From positions 25,828-89,827 of the IMG/VR virus record IMGVR_UViG_3300036826_000588: a stretch of DNA of 64,000 nucleotides. The stretch is one strand, 5' to 3'. Below the pieces are notes generated by a model that was not told the origin of the DNA, did not search any database, and worked only from the letters and a program-made list of their open reading frames with translations. Each line of letters opens with the position of its first letter. Position 1 is the first letter of the stretch. The translations under genes were made by a program, and so were the position numbers. Origin of the DNA: a virus. This document shows positions 22,057-31,455 of this stretch, piece after piece.

Positions 22057-22145
22057 TCCAGGGATGCTGTGACGGTATTGGCGGCCGGGCTTTGAACTCG
22101 GTGGGGCGAGAGCCCTCGGGGGTTCGACTCCCTCCCCTGGAACCA
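22057..22145 (+). tRNA. tRNA with TTG (Gln) anticodon and long variable arm
   Basis: TCCAGGG/CCCTGGA-A-CCA; CCGGG-CTTTGAA-CTCGG; V-arm GGGC-GAGA-GCCC. Confidence 0.75.
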
Positions 22146-22493
22146 GCAGCTACCATGGATCCATGACGAAGCCACTGCTATGACGGCCCCGGACTGGCCG
22201 AGGCCGATCCACAGGAGGCTTTGCCGTGTACCGCATGACCCTCTTCCTCCCGCCTTGGGCCGTCAGCACCGATGACCAGGCGATGGAAGTCTGCGATCAG
22301 ATCGCCACGCTGTGCGACCAGCTCCTGGGCCGCCCCAGCTCGGGCGAGTCGAAGCTCACGTACGTCCTGACCAGCGAGGTCGACGAAGACGAAGATGACG
22401 ACGACGCCCAGGACCGGTGGATGCAGGAGAACCTGTTCCACCCGCGCGTGCGCGGCGTCATCATCCCGCGTCCGGTCGGCGAACTTCAGTAGT

Positions 22494-22569
22494 GCGGGCG
22501 TAGCTCAGTTGGCAGAGCGCGGGCTTGCCAAGTCCGAGGCCGCGGGTTCGAGGCCCGCCGCTCGCTCCA
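22494..22569 (+). tRNA. tRNA-Gly(GCC)
   Basis: Canonical cloverleaf, encoded CCA. Confidence 0.93.
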
Positions 22570-22574
22570 CCCGA

Positions 22575-22649
22575 GGGCTCGTAGCCGAGTCTGGTCAGGC
22601 ACCGGTCTGCAAAACCGGTACGACGCCAGTTCAAATCTGGCCGAGCCCT
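22575..22649 (+). tRNA. tRNA-Cys(GCA)
   Basis: CCGGT-CTGCAAA-ACCGG; U73. Confidence 0.9.
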
Positions 22650-22996
22650 CCGGTGGAACCCTCTCGTCAGAGCGGCTGGATGACCAGGCGCGACGGTTTG
22701 CCGCTGGCCTCCAGGGCCGCGTTGACGAACGAGATCGCGTCGATGATGGCCATCGTGATGTCTTCCGGATCGTAGCCATGGAGGACGCTGGCGCTTCCAG
22801 CGCTGCTCTCGATGTCCTTGGCGCTCACGATGACGACGGCGCGCACGTCGGCGGCCTCCGGGCCGAGCTCCACGAGCACCTGTCTCATGTGATCGGCGAT
22901 GCGGCTCAGTCGGTTCGGCGGTTCGAACGCCTTCCAGGCGCCGGGCGTCAGGCCGTCAGGCACGATGAACTCGGTCATGTGACCAGTATCGACCAC

Positions 22997-23073
22997 GCCG
23001 AGGTAGCTCAGATGGTAAGAGCGCTCGCCTGAAAAGCGAGAGGCCGCTGGCCCGAACCCAGCTCTCGGCGCCA
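22997..23073 (+). tRNA. tRNA-Phe(GAA)
   Basis: Cloverleaf with CCA; atypical T-loop CCCGAAC. Confidence 0.85.
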
Positions 23074-23296
23074 CCTTCCCCGGTGGATCGGGTTTGCAGC
23101 TCCGCTGACGACGGATGGGACGATCGTCTGCCGGCGGCAACGTCGGCACCCGCGAACGCGGCATAGCCGATCGCCCTGGTCAGGCGTCGAGCTCGCCCGA
23201 TCCCCGGGGAAGGTGGTAGGATTGCAGCGTACGCCCCCGGTCCGCCTCTCACGGAAGCCGCCGGGGGCATGGCTTCTCCCTCCAGCGCTTCGCCGT

Positions 23297-23372
23297 GCCC
23301 GGGTAGCTCAGATGGGAGAGCGCCTGTGTCACATACAGGAGGCCACTGGTTCGAGGCCAGTCCTGGGCACCA
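23297..23372 (+). tRNA. tRNA-Val(CAC)
   Basis: CCTGT-GTCACAT-ACAGG; CCA. Confidence 0.9.
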
Positions 23373-23475
23373 ATCCCTTCCGCATCTTCGCTGGGAGGAG
23401 CCGGACAGTAGTCGCTGACGAGCGGTGAAGGTGCCGACGAGCCGCCAGCTCGCTCCCTCCAGCGGCGATGCGTAC

Positions 23476-23550
23476 GCCCGAGTAGCTCAACGGTAGAGCG
23501 CCAGCATGACACGCTGGAGGCAGGAGGGTCGGCACCTCCCTTGGGCACCA
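23476..23550 (+). tRNA. tRNA-Val(GAC)
   Basis: CCAGC-ATGACAC-GCTGG; atypical T-loop; CCA. Confidence 0.85.
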
Positions 23551-23554
23551 ACAC

Positions 23555-23640
23555 TGGCAGGTGGCCGAGAGGTAAGGCGCCCGGCTGTTAACCGGAGACC
23601 ACCGAGAGGTGCGCGGGTTCAAGTCCTGCCCTGCCAGCCA
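23555..23640 (+). tRNA. tRNA-Asn(GTT) with long variable arm
   Basis: CCGG-CTGTTAA-CCGG; V-arm CACC-GAGA-GGTG; G73-CCA. Confidence 0.85.
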
Positions 23641-23668
23641 ATCCCTACAACCACGTTGAGCTGCTGAT

Positions 23669-23744
23669 CGGGCGGTGGCGCAGTAGGCAGCGCGCTTGGC
23701 TGGGGGCCAAGAGGTCGTCGGTTCGAGACCGACTCGCCCGACCA
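23669..23744 (+). tRNA. tRNA-Pro(GGG)
   Basis: Cloverleaf, C1-G72, CCA. Confidence 0.92.
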
Positions 23745-23810
23745 GCAGCTCAACATCGGGGTCGAGCGGCGCCCTGACGGGGGTCGCTCGGCGCCGGCCC
23801 TTCACAACAT

Positions 23811-23888
23811 CGCGCGGCAGAGCAGTCAGGAGTGCTCGCTTGCCCCGGACGCAAGAGATCGGTGGTTCGAGTCCACCTCGCGCGACCA
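23811..23888 (+). tRNA. tRNA-Pro(CGG)
   Basis: CTTGC-CCCGGAC-GCAAG; CCA. Confidence 0.85.
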
Positions 23889-24273
23889 GCAACTTTCCTC
23901 CGCAGACCCTGGACGATCGGCGGTCCGTTTGAGTACCATGCTCGCTGGCATGCGAATGGCAGCGTGGGCGTGGGTGGGTTGTGGCATTGGTGCGTTCTTG
24001 GCGGGTGTGGGCGTGGGCATGGTGCTCGGGTACTACGGCTTCATCCACGGCTGGTTCTGGATGCCACTCCCGCCGCCTGTGATGTAGGAATACACCCTCT
24101 CTGAGGCCGCCTGTGCGTGCGCAGGCGGCCTCGCTGAGCCTGAGCATTGAGTAAGCTGAGGTCGCTGGTCGAGTTCGTCATCGCGCTGTTGGTCATGTGC
24201 GCGATCGTCGTTCTGGTTGTCCTGGTGGCTTCCTACTTCGGCGGCTTCCCAGCGTCGTAGCCTCCGGTCCTGT

Positions 24274-24346
24274 CGGGCGGTAGCGTAGCGGTCAACGCGC
24301 GCGGTTTGGAACCGCGAGGTCCGGTGTTCGACTCACCGTCGCCCGA
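24274..24346 (+). tRNA. tRNA-Pro(TGG)
   Basis: CGCGG-TTTGGAA-CCGCG. Confidence 0.85.
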
Positions 24347-24554
24347 CAGGCTCGCGGGGCAACCGAACAGGCCCGGTACTCCGGAGCCATGATCTCCAGA
24401 TTCCTCTTCGGGCTCGCGGCGCTGGCCTTCCTGCTGGCGCTCGCTCACGTCACCCTCGGCACGCTCGATCTGCTGCCGCTGGGGCTGTTCCTTCTCGCGC
24501 TGGGGCTGCTGGCCGCAGACGTGCCGTGGCCGACCTGGCGCCGGCCGTGAACGC

Positions 24555-24630
24555 AGGGGTGTAGCTCAGCCGGCAGAGCGCTCGTCTCCAAAACGAGTGG
24601 TCGAGGGTTCGATTCCTTCCGCCCCTGCCA
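24555..24630 (+). tRNA. tRNA-Trp(CCA)
   Basis: CTCGT-CTCCAAA-ACGAG; CCA. Confidence 0.93.
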
Positions 24631-24653
24631 ACTTCCGTCGATCGCTCGATGAT

Positions 24654-24729
24654 GGGGACGTAGCTCACCAGGGAGAGCACCTGTTTCGCAATCAGGAGGC
24701 AGAGGGTTCGAGTCCCTCCGTCTCCACCA
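24654..24729 (+). tRNA. tRNA-Ala(CGC)
   Basis: G3-U70; anticodon loop TTCGCAA; CCA. Confidence 0.92.
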
Positions 24730-24771
24730 TCGGGTTATCCGTCGCTCACGCTCATTGTCGCCATGCTTCAT

Positions 24772-24847
24772 GGCCCGTTCGCCAAGTGGTCAAGGCGCGG
24801 GACTTTCAATCCCGTATACGCGGGTTCGAGCCCCGCACGGGCTACCA
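24772..24847 (+). tRNA. tRNA-Glu(TTC)
   Basis: CGGGA-CTTTCAA-TCCCG; CCA. Confidence 0.92.
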
Positions 24848-25075
24848 TTCGATTCGCGAACTCGACGGGAGGGGCGGCCCACGAGGCCGTCCACCCCTCG
24901 ACAGGGCAACTACGCCATCGATGGAACCTTGCCGACGGAATGAGGTACCGCGGCACAATCACCCTCACGCTGCCGGTCGTGGCCGACCTGGCACCCGAGG
25001 TGAGCTTGAACCTCGTGGTCGGGCCGGTGCGCACGCGGCACCTCCAGCAAACCGCTTTGCAAGGAGAGCCGCGCG

Positions 25076-25414
25076 ATGGCGACGACAGTTCAGCTCACCG
25101 ACGTCCAGGAAGTCCGGCTGTCGATCAGCCCGAAGGACAGCCAGGGGAACCTGGCGTCGGTTGACGGTGTCCCGACCTGGGAGTCGAGCGACGAGTCGGT
25201 CCTGACCGTCGCGGCCGTCTCCGACGACGGCCTGATGGCGGATGCCGTGACGGTCGGCCCGCTGGGAACCGCGACCGTGACGGTCACCGCCGACGCGGAC
25301 CTGGGCGACGGCGTCACCACGCTGAGCGACACGGTGGACATCACCGTCGTGGCGAGCCAGGCGTCCGCCCTGAACGTGGCGGTGGGCACGCCGACCGAGC
25401 GCCCGGCGGCGTAG
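25076..25414 (+). CDS. Ig-like (Big_2-type) domain protein
   Basis: VPTWESSDESVLTV...GTATVTVTA; beta-strand-rich. Confidence 0.7.
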   Translation: MATTVQLTDVQEVRLSISPKDSQGNLASVDGVPTWESSDESVLTVAAVSDDGLMADAVTVGPLGTATVTVTADADLGDGVTTLSDTVDITVVASQASALNVAVGTPTERPAA

Positions 25415-25514
25415 CGTCCATTCGGACCTGAAGACGGCAGTACCGGGCGTCCGGCCCGGGAAGGTGAAGTGCCGTCCGACGGCGGGGCACGGTGCCCCGC
25501 CGTCGCTTACTTGC

Positions 25515-25585
25515 TGCGGAGCCAGGCGGCCGCGGGGCCTCATAAGCCCTGCCGGGCTCGGTTCGACTTCCGGCCTCCGCAACCA
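25515..25585 (+). tRNA. tRNA-Met(CAT)-like gene with reduced D-arm
   Basis: TGCGGAG/CTCCGCA-A-CCA; GGGGC-CTCATAA-GCCCT; only about 12 nt between acceptor and anticodon stems. Confidence 0.65.
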
Positions 25586-25605
25586 CTTCGACTCCAACCA
25601 AGCGT

Positions 25606-25684
25606 GCCGCGTTGGGCCAGTCTGGTTCAAGCCACCACTCCCTCAAAGTGGAGATCGCGGGTTCAAATCCCGCCCGCGGCACCA
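25606..25684 (+). tRNA. tRNA-Glu(CTC)
   Basis: CCACT-CCCTCAA-AGTGG; CCA. Confidence 0.85.
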
Positions 25685-26048
25685 ACCTCAACATCGAACG
25701 AGCGATCCACGCGGTTACCCTTCAACACGAGAAGACCAGCACTCGCTCCGGGAAACCACTTCCCTGTCGGCCAGTCTTCTCCGCTGGCGGCCGGCAGGAC
25801 ACGGATCGCTCAGCCAGCAGAGTACGCGAGGAGGTGGACGACGTGCCCGGGTAGTTATGTCGAAACGACCGAACTACCTTGGAACCTTCCTCTCCGACAT
25901 GAAGGAAGCACGTCGCTACTCGTGCGACTGGCGCAGCGCACCAGACAAGGCCGCCGCGCACCGCAAGTTCCGACGCCTGGCACGCCAGCTCCTACTCCAT
26001 CGCCAGGAGCCGCCAACGCGACTGGGCATGGGCTGGTACTGGTGAGGG

Positions 26049-26904
26049 TCAGCGGCGGAAGAGGACCCAGGCGAGGGCCGCCGCCAGGAAGATCACCAGC
26101 GCCGCCAGTACGCCGATGGTGACGTACAGGCCGTTGAGGTAGCGGCCAATGCCGCGCCCGAGGTCTTGCACGAGGGGAGCGTAATCGAACGTCAGCCGGG
26201 GTGGCCGTGGCCGAGAGGAGAGGCGCCACGCTGTGACCGTGGTATACGCGGGATCGTCGACCCGCCGGTCACCCCAGCGACGTTCAGGACTCACCGTCGT
26301 CCCCGTCGCCGTCCTCGTCATCGTAGACGGGCCGGTGTGGGTCGCGCAGGCGGAAGAGGATCTCCTGGGCCCTGAACAACGTGTCCATCATCGGCACGAT
26401 GCGCTGCCTGACCTTCAGGCTCTCGTACTCCTCGCGAGACGGGACGCTGTCCAGGAGCTGGTTCGCGCGCTCGCGCAGCGTGCCCGGCATGCGATCCACG
26501 CCCTGGAGGTTCAGGTCTTCGAGCTGGAAGAGTAGGTCGTCGATCCCGTGGATAACGCGGTCGAGCTGGTCCTTGCGCCACTTGCGGCGGATCTCCTCCA
26601 CGTGGAGACGTTCGATGTCGCGGTTGGCTTCCTGGATCATCATGGCCTACCGGAGATAGACGCTGCGGCATGTTGCCGCGGTCGGTCAGTCGTCGGTCGG
26701 CCTGAACGTCCAGATGTGCCCTTTGGTGCACCTCGCGATCCACTGGAGGGGGTCGTCGGTGATGTAGTCGCTGTCCAAGTTCACTTGGCCCGCGGCCACG
26801 CAATCCGGACAGAACGCCTTCGCGGCAGGGATGTCGCGACCGGCGATGGTGACGCTGGTGATCTCGCGGGTCTCCCCGCGGTTCGCAGCCATTCGGAAGA
26901 TCAT
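26049..26904 (-). other. three small hypothetical CDS (26049-26321 TM, 26284-26643 coiled-coil, 26686-26904 zinc ribbon)
   Basis: Protein-like ORFs antisense within the tRNA array. Confidence 0.55.
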
Positions 26905-26915
26905 ACTCTCGACGT

Positions 26916-26992
26916 GCGCGGGTAGCTCAGCCTGGCAGAGCAGCGAGCTGATATCTCGAAGATCGGAGGTTCAAGTCCTCCCCTGCGCACCA
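26916..26992 (+). tRNA. tRNA-Ile(GAT)
   Basis: CGAG-CTGATAT-CTCG; CCA. Confidence 0.9.
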
Positions 26993-27020
26993 ACTTGAAG
27001 TACCATCCCCGCTCTCACTT

Positions 27021-27094
27021 CCGGCGGTAGCTCAGGAGAGTAGAGCGGTTCCTTTATAAGGTTCAGGTCGCGGGTTCGAGGCCCGTCCGCCGGC
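27021..27094 (+). tRNA. tRNA-Ile(TAT), weak anticodon stem
   Basis: CCGGCGG/CCGCCGG; loop TTTATAA; two U-U mismatches in the anticodon stem; no encoded CCA. Confidence 0.65.
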
Positions 27095-27304
27095 TGAGAG
27101 CTGGGGGGTGGGTGGCCATGTAGCTCGCCCGCAGGGGACCATCCATCCGTGGGTTGGGAGGCCAGGCGGATCATCTCAGCCGGTCCACCGACGCGGCCAC
27201 CACCCCGCAGCCGCAGCGAAGTGTGGCAAACTGCGCCGTCCTTTGGTATAGGGCACGTGATCCGCCTTTGGGACATACGCCCGCCGCTTGGAATTCCCGA
27301 TCGT

Positions 27305-27380
27305 GCGCCCGTAGCTCACCGGATAGAGCGCCTCCCTGCGAAGGAGGAGGCAGCAGGTTCGATTCCTGCCTGGCGCACCA
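27305..27380 (+). tRNA. tRNA-Arg(GCG)
   Basis: CCTCC-CTGCGAA-GGAGG; A20; CCA. Confidence 0.9.
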
Positions 27381-27564
27381 TCTCTCTTCACATAATTGGT
27401 GGTCGTGCGTCGTACCGCTTCGCTACCTTCCCGGCCCGGTATGGCACAGTTCCTTGCAGGGCTCGCGATTGGTTTGATCGTCGGCGCGTGCGGCGGCGTG
27501 TTCGTCATGGCTGCTCTCGTCAGCAGCGCTCGTTCGGACCGGCCTGGATAGGTCGGCCCCTCAC

Positions 27565-27640
27565 GCCCTTGTAGCTCAGTGGTAGAGCAGCCGCCTTGTA
27601 AGCGGAAGGTCGGGGGTTCGATTCCGCCCCAGGGGCTCCA
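27565..27640 (+). tRNA. tRNA-Thr(TGT)
   Basis: CCGC-CTTGTAA-GCGG; CCA. Confidence 0.9.
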
Positions 27641-27834
27641 TCTGCAAGTTTTGGCCGTCTCACCTCCCCTATATAGGTAGGAGGTGATTCCAGGATGGCC
27701 CACCCGAAGTGCTGCGTTTGCGATCGACCGGCGGATCGGATCGACGAGGAGTATGGCGAGGCGTTCTGCCGCCGGTGCTGGGACAGCTACCCGCCAGAAG
27801 AACAAGGCCCATACCGCCTCATCGATCCTGACGA

Positions 27835-27911
27835 GGGCCTGTAGCTCAGCGGATCAGAGCGCCACGGTTCGAACGTGATGGTCGCGGGTTCGAGTCCTGC
27901 CAGGCCCTCCA
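27835..27911 (+). tRNA. tRNA-Arg(TCG)
   Basis: CACG-GTTCGAA-CGTG; CCA. Confidence 0.88.
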
Positions 27912-27974
27912 CTCATACCCTCACAAGCCTTGTCACTGGCGCGTTTCTGACAATGTGGCTTATAGTGGCCCTTC

Positions 27975-28361
27975 ATGGCAACGAGAACACGGCGGAGAAC
28001 GGCGGGCGCCGGTGAGAGCATCGCGGCTCAGATCCAGCAACTCGTGAAGGAGCGCGACGACCTCAAGGTCGAGAACGCGAACCTCAAGGCTCACTTGGAG
28101 GCGATCAGCTCAGCGCTGAGGCACGTGGGCGCCCAGGCAACGGGTGGTCGCGGGCGCGGGCGCAGCTCCGGGCTGGCAGCGGCTGCCCCGGTCTCCGAGA
28201 AGCGCAAGCGCCGGCCGATCACCGACCCGGAGGTGCTCGCGCGGCGTCATGCAGCACTCGCGAAGGCGCGGGCCGCGCGTGCAGAGCGCCTGGCGGCAGC
28301 TCGCGCAGCCGCACAGGGAGAGACGGCGGCGCCGGCCGAGCCCGCGGTGGTCGAGGCGTAG
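27975..28361 (+). CDS. basic coiled-coil protein (possible nucleoid-associated protein)
   Basis: N-terminal coiled coil, Arg/Ala-rich C-terminus; TATAGT box just upstream of the ATG. Confidence 0.6.
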   Translation: MATRTRRRTAGAGESIAAQIQQLVKERDDLKVENANLKAHLEAISSALRHVGAQATGGRGRGRSSGLAAAAPVSEKRKRRPITDPEVLARRHAALAKARAARAERLAAARAAAQGETAAPAEPAVVEA

Positions 28362-28388
28362 AGCGCAACGCGTGCAGGACAGGTTGAC

Positions 28389-28464
28389 GCCCCCGTAGCT
28401 CAGAGGACAGAGCAGGGAGCTTCTACCTCCAAGGCCGGGCGTTCGAGTCGTCCCGGGGGCACCA
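28389..28464 (+). tRNA. tRNA-Arg(TCT)
   Basis: GGAG-CTTCTAC-CTCC; CCA. Confidence 0.88.
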
Positions 28465-28983
28465 CCTGACTGCTACACTCCCTTCGTGAGCGGGGGACCC
28501 GGAAAGCTGCTCTCCAAGCCGCCGAAGACAGGCTGGGGGTCGTGGCTGCTGACGGCGGCGATCATCGCCGGGGCGATCGTGGCCGAAAGCCTCTTCCGTC
28601 CCCAGACAAACTCGATCATCCGCGTATGGACAGACATCGCGGGCCGACCCAGCGTTGAAGTCACCGAAAGCGAGCGTGACCATCGTGTCTGAGCCCGCCG
28701 CAGTCCCCGCAGCAGTGCCGACCGTTCAGGTTCAGGTGGGGCTGCACTTCAAGCTGGTCTTCATCGTCCTGACGCTGATGGTCGCGTTCCTCTTTCTGGC
28801 CGCCGGCTTCCTGGCCCTGTTTGGGAACCGCTGGGGTGGAGATCCGGGGGCCATTTCGTCCGTCACCAGCGCGCTGATGGAGGCGGAGAAGTACCTCGTT
28901 GGCGGACTCGTCGGCATGGTGGGCGGGAAGGCCGTCCACTAAGCCCCCAGGCGGCGTGCGGCCCGAATACAATGGGCCGCGGC

Positions 28984-29700
28984 ATGAGCAACGACCTCCC
29001 TCAACTGTCTCCTGATGGCAAGTGGCGCTGGGATGGCCAGCGGTGGGTTCCCAACGAGAGCGCTCCGCCAGGCGGGGCGACGAACAGCATGACGCCGCCC
29101 GTTGCGCCGGCCAGACGCAGTCGCCGCTGGCCCTGGTTCGTCGCCGTGGCTGCGGTGCTGTTCGTCGGAGTCTGCACCACCGCGGTCGCGAACTCGGGTG
29201 GCAGCGGACGCAAGGCTGCTGGCGTGTCGGCCACCCAGGCGCCGGCAGCGCCGACCCAGGCGCCCACGGCAAGGACTGCCCAGCCCGCTGCTCCGGCTCG
29301 CGACGGGTCCTGCTCGCCGCAGCCCTGCGCCAACGACAACTACGGCTGGATCGTCAACGTCAGCAGCTTCAAGTACGACGCGCCCAGCGGCAACGAGTTC
29401 GAGAAGCCCGAGGTCGGCAACGTGTACGTCACCCTCGCGGTGACCTTCACCAACAAGCTCGGCAGTGAGCAGCACGCGAACCCGCTCAACTTCGTCCTGC
29501 TGGACGGGGCCGGGGTCAAGCATACGGTCACGTTCACCGACGCCTGCCCCATCTGGGACGCCGTCAATCTCACGCCTGGCGCGTCGTTCGGACCGAAGTG
29601 CCTGGCGTTCGAGGCGACCGCGGGCAAGCCGGGCGGCCTGACGCTGGTCTGGACGCCGTCACTGCTCGGCGGCGGCGACTACGACATCAAGCTGAGCTAG
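28984..29700 (+). CDS. DUF4352-like membrane-anchored Ig-fold protein
   Basis: SPDGKWRWDGQRW N-terminal motif, TM segment, EKPEVGNVYVTLAVTFTN. Confidence 0.7.
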   Translation: MSNDLPQLSPDGKWRWDGQRWVPNESAPPGGATNSMTPPVAPARRSRRWPWFVAVAAVLFVGVCTTAVANSGGSGRKAAGVSATQAPAAPTQAPTARTAQPAAPARDGSCSPQPCANDNYGWIVNVSSFKYDAPSGNEFEKPEVGNVYVTLAVTFTNKLGSEQHANPLNFVLLDGAGVKHTVTFTDACPIWDAVNLTPGASFGPKCLAFEATAGKPGGLTLVWTPSLLGGGDYDIKLS

Positions 29701-29739
29701 CGCGCGACCCGAGGCGCGAGTACATCGATCCGTGAACGT

Positions 29740-29814
29740 GCGTCCGTAACTCAGCGGCAGAGTGGCGGCCTCTTAAGCCGAGCTGCGTGGGTTCGAGTCC
29801 CACCGGACGCACCA
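29740..29814 (+). tRNA. tRNA-Lys(CTT)
   Basis: CGGC-CTCTTAA-GCCG; CCA. Confidence 0.92.
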
Positions 29815-30113
29815 TCTTCAACTCGAATCCGACACCCCAGGCGGCGGCCCTGGTAGGCTCGCGGCGACGGGCGGTGGATGGCCTCCGATCTCCCTGGAGG
29901 TCTGCAAGATGCAGAACATCATCGTCGGTCGCTATGAACCCACCGAGGGCCTGCTGCGCCCTGACGGCACCGTCGAGCGCGTGTGGGACGGGTGGATCGA
30001 GCCGGCGGACCGATCATGGATCGCCTTCGTTCGGACGGCGGACCACCTGCCGGAGGTCTACCTGAACCGCGACCCGGAGACGGGAGCTGTCATCGAGTAG
30101 GTCCCCCGGGCGT

Positions 30114-30188
30114 GCCGGTGTGGCATAGGTGGCTGTGCAGTTGCCTTTTAAGCTCCAGACGCGGGTTCGACTCCTGCCGCCGGCACCA
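30114..30188 (+). tRNA. tRNA-Lys(TTT), weak anticodon stem
   Basis: GCCGGTG/CGCCGGC-A-CCA; loop CTTTTAA. Confidence 0.75.
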
Positions 30189-30421
30189 CCGCTTGCATCA
30201 CGCAGGCCATCTCCTCCATGGACATGGACGCCTGTTGGAGCGCTTTGAGGAACGGCCGCAAGTCCACCATCAGCCGGGCTGAATGGTCATGGCCGGCCAT
30301 TCGGAGCCAGGCCGCCCGATCGAGGCCGTGGAGCTCCGCAAGCCGTTGCTGTTCCTGCTGTTCGTGACGCGCGCGATCGGCGGCGGCGGCGGTGGCCATC
30401 TTGCTCTGGAACGTCACGTAC

Positions 30422-30499
30422 GCCTCCGTAGCTCAGCGGACAGAGCGCCGGCATCCGAAGCCGGGTCCGTCGCAGGTTCGATTCCTGCCGGAGGTACCA
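30422..30499 (+). tRNA. tRNA-Arg(CCG)
   Basis: CCGGC-ATCCGAA-GCCGG; CCA. Confidence 0.9.
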
Positions 30500-30935
30500 T
30501 CCCGCCCACCTACTGGCTGGGCGCGCTCTCCCGCTTCAGCTTCAGGTACGCCTCTCGCCACTGGTCGACGAGGCTGCCCGCCCTCGCCGCCTGGACGCGA
30601 GCGATCGCTGCGTTGTGCCAGGCGACGACGGTCCAGTGGACCACTGCCCACCCGATGATCGAGAGCGCGAACCAGAACATGGCCAAGCCGAAGACGAACC
30701 AGTCATGCTTGACGGCGGCCGCAACGGCACCACTGCCGTTGATGCTGGCAGCCAGGAAGAGGATCCAGCTCAAGATCGTCTGCGCCCGCCGGGCACGGGC
30801 CCACAGGTCAGCAAAGTCCGACTGCGAAGCTCGGACTTGGTCGGCATCGTCAGAGGAGAGGGGGAGGGAGTCAGCCATGGCTCCGCGGCACAATACAGGG
30901 TGGGGACCCGATCGCGCTACCTTTCAGATCATCGT

Positions 30936-31011
30936 GGCCCCGTAGCTCAGGGGATAGAGCGGCAGCGTCCTAAGCTGCGCGCCGGGGGTTCAAGTCCTCC
31001 CGGGGCCACCA
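30936..31011 (+). tRNA. tRNA-Arg(CCT)
   Basis: GCAGC-GTCCTAA-GCTGC; CCA. Confidence 0.92.
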
Positions 31012-31264
31012 TCTTCTCTTCGGTACTATCCCCGACATGACGGCCGAACTGGAAACCGAGCTGGAGCCGGACCTGGAGCCGGCGGTGTGCCTGACAGAAC
31101 ACATCGCCCACCTGATCCGGCGCACGGAGCGCAAGGCCGTGTGCGGGGCCTCGCCAGTCCTGCGTCTCTCCTCGATGGAGGATTGGCAGACCGCCTGGCG
31201 CGAACAGGCGAACACCTGGGACATCTGCCCTGGCTGCGCGGCCGGAGCAGTCGACGAGCTGAAC

Positions 31265-31340
31265 GCGGGCGTGGTGTAGACGGCAAGCACGGCGGTCTTC
31301 CAAATCGTCGGCACGGGTTCGAAGCCCGTCGCCCGCTCCA
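31265..31340 (+). tRNA. tRNA-Gly(TCC)
   Basis: GCGGT-CTTCCAA-ATCGT; U73-CCA. Confidence 0.88.
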
Positions 31341-31455
31341 ACCTCTTCGCCTATTCGGATCCGAGACGCCCGACAGGCGCGTGATACCCTTCGAGACCTC
31401 CTGGATGGAGGCGCCGGGGTGTCATGCAGCGCCCCGGCGCCGCGGTTTCCCCAGG

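Noticed and set aside
23412-23450. Hammerhead ribozyme suggested by CTGACGA
   Set aside because: No GAAA or properly placed stems to complete the catalytic core.
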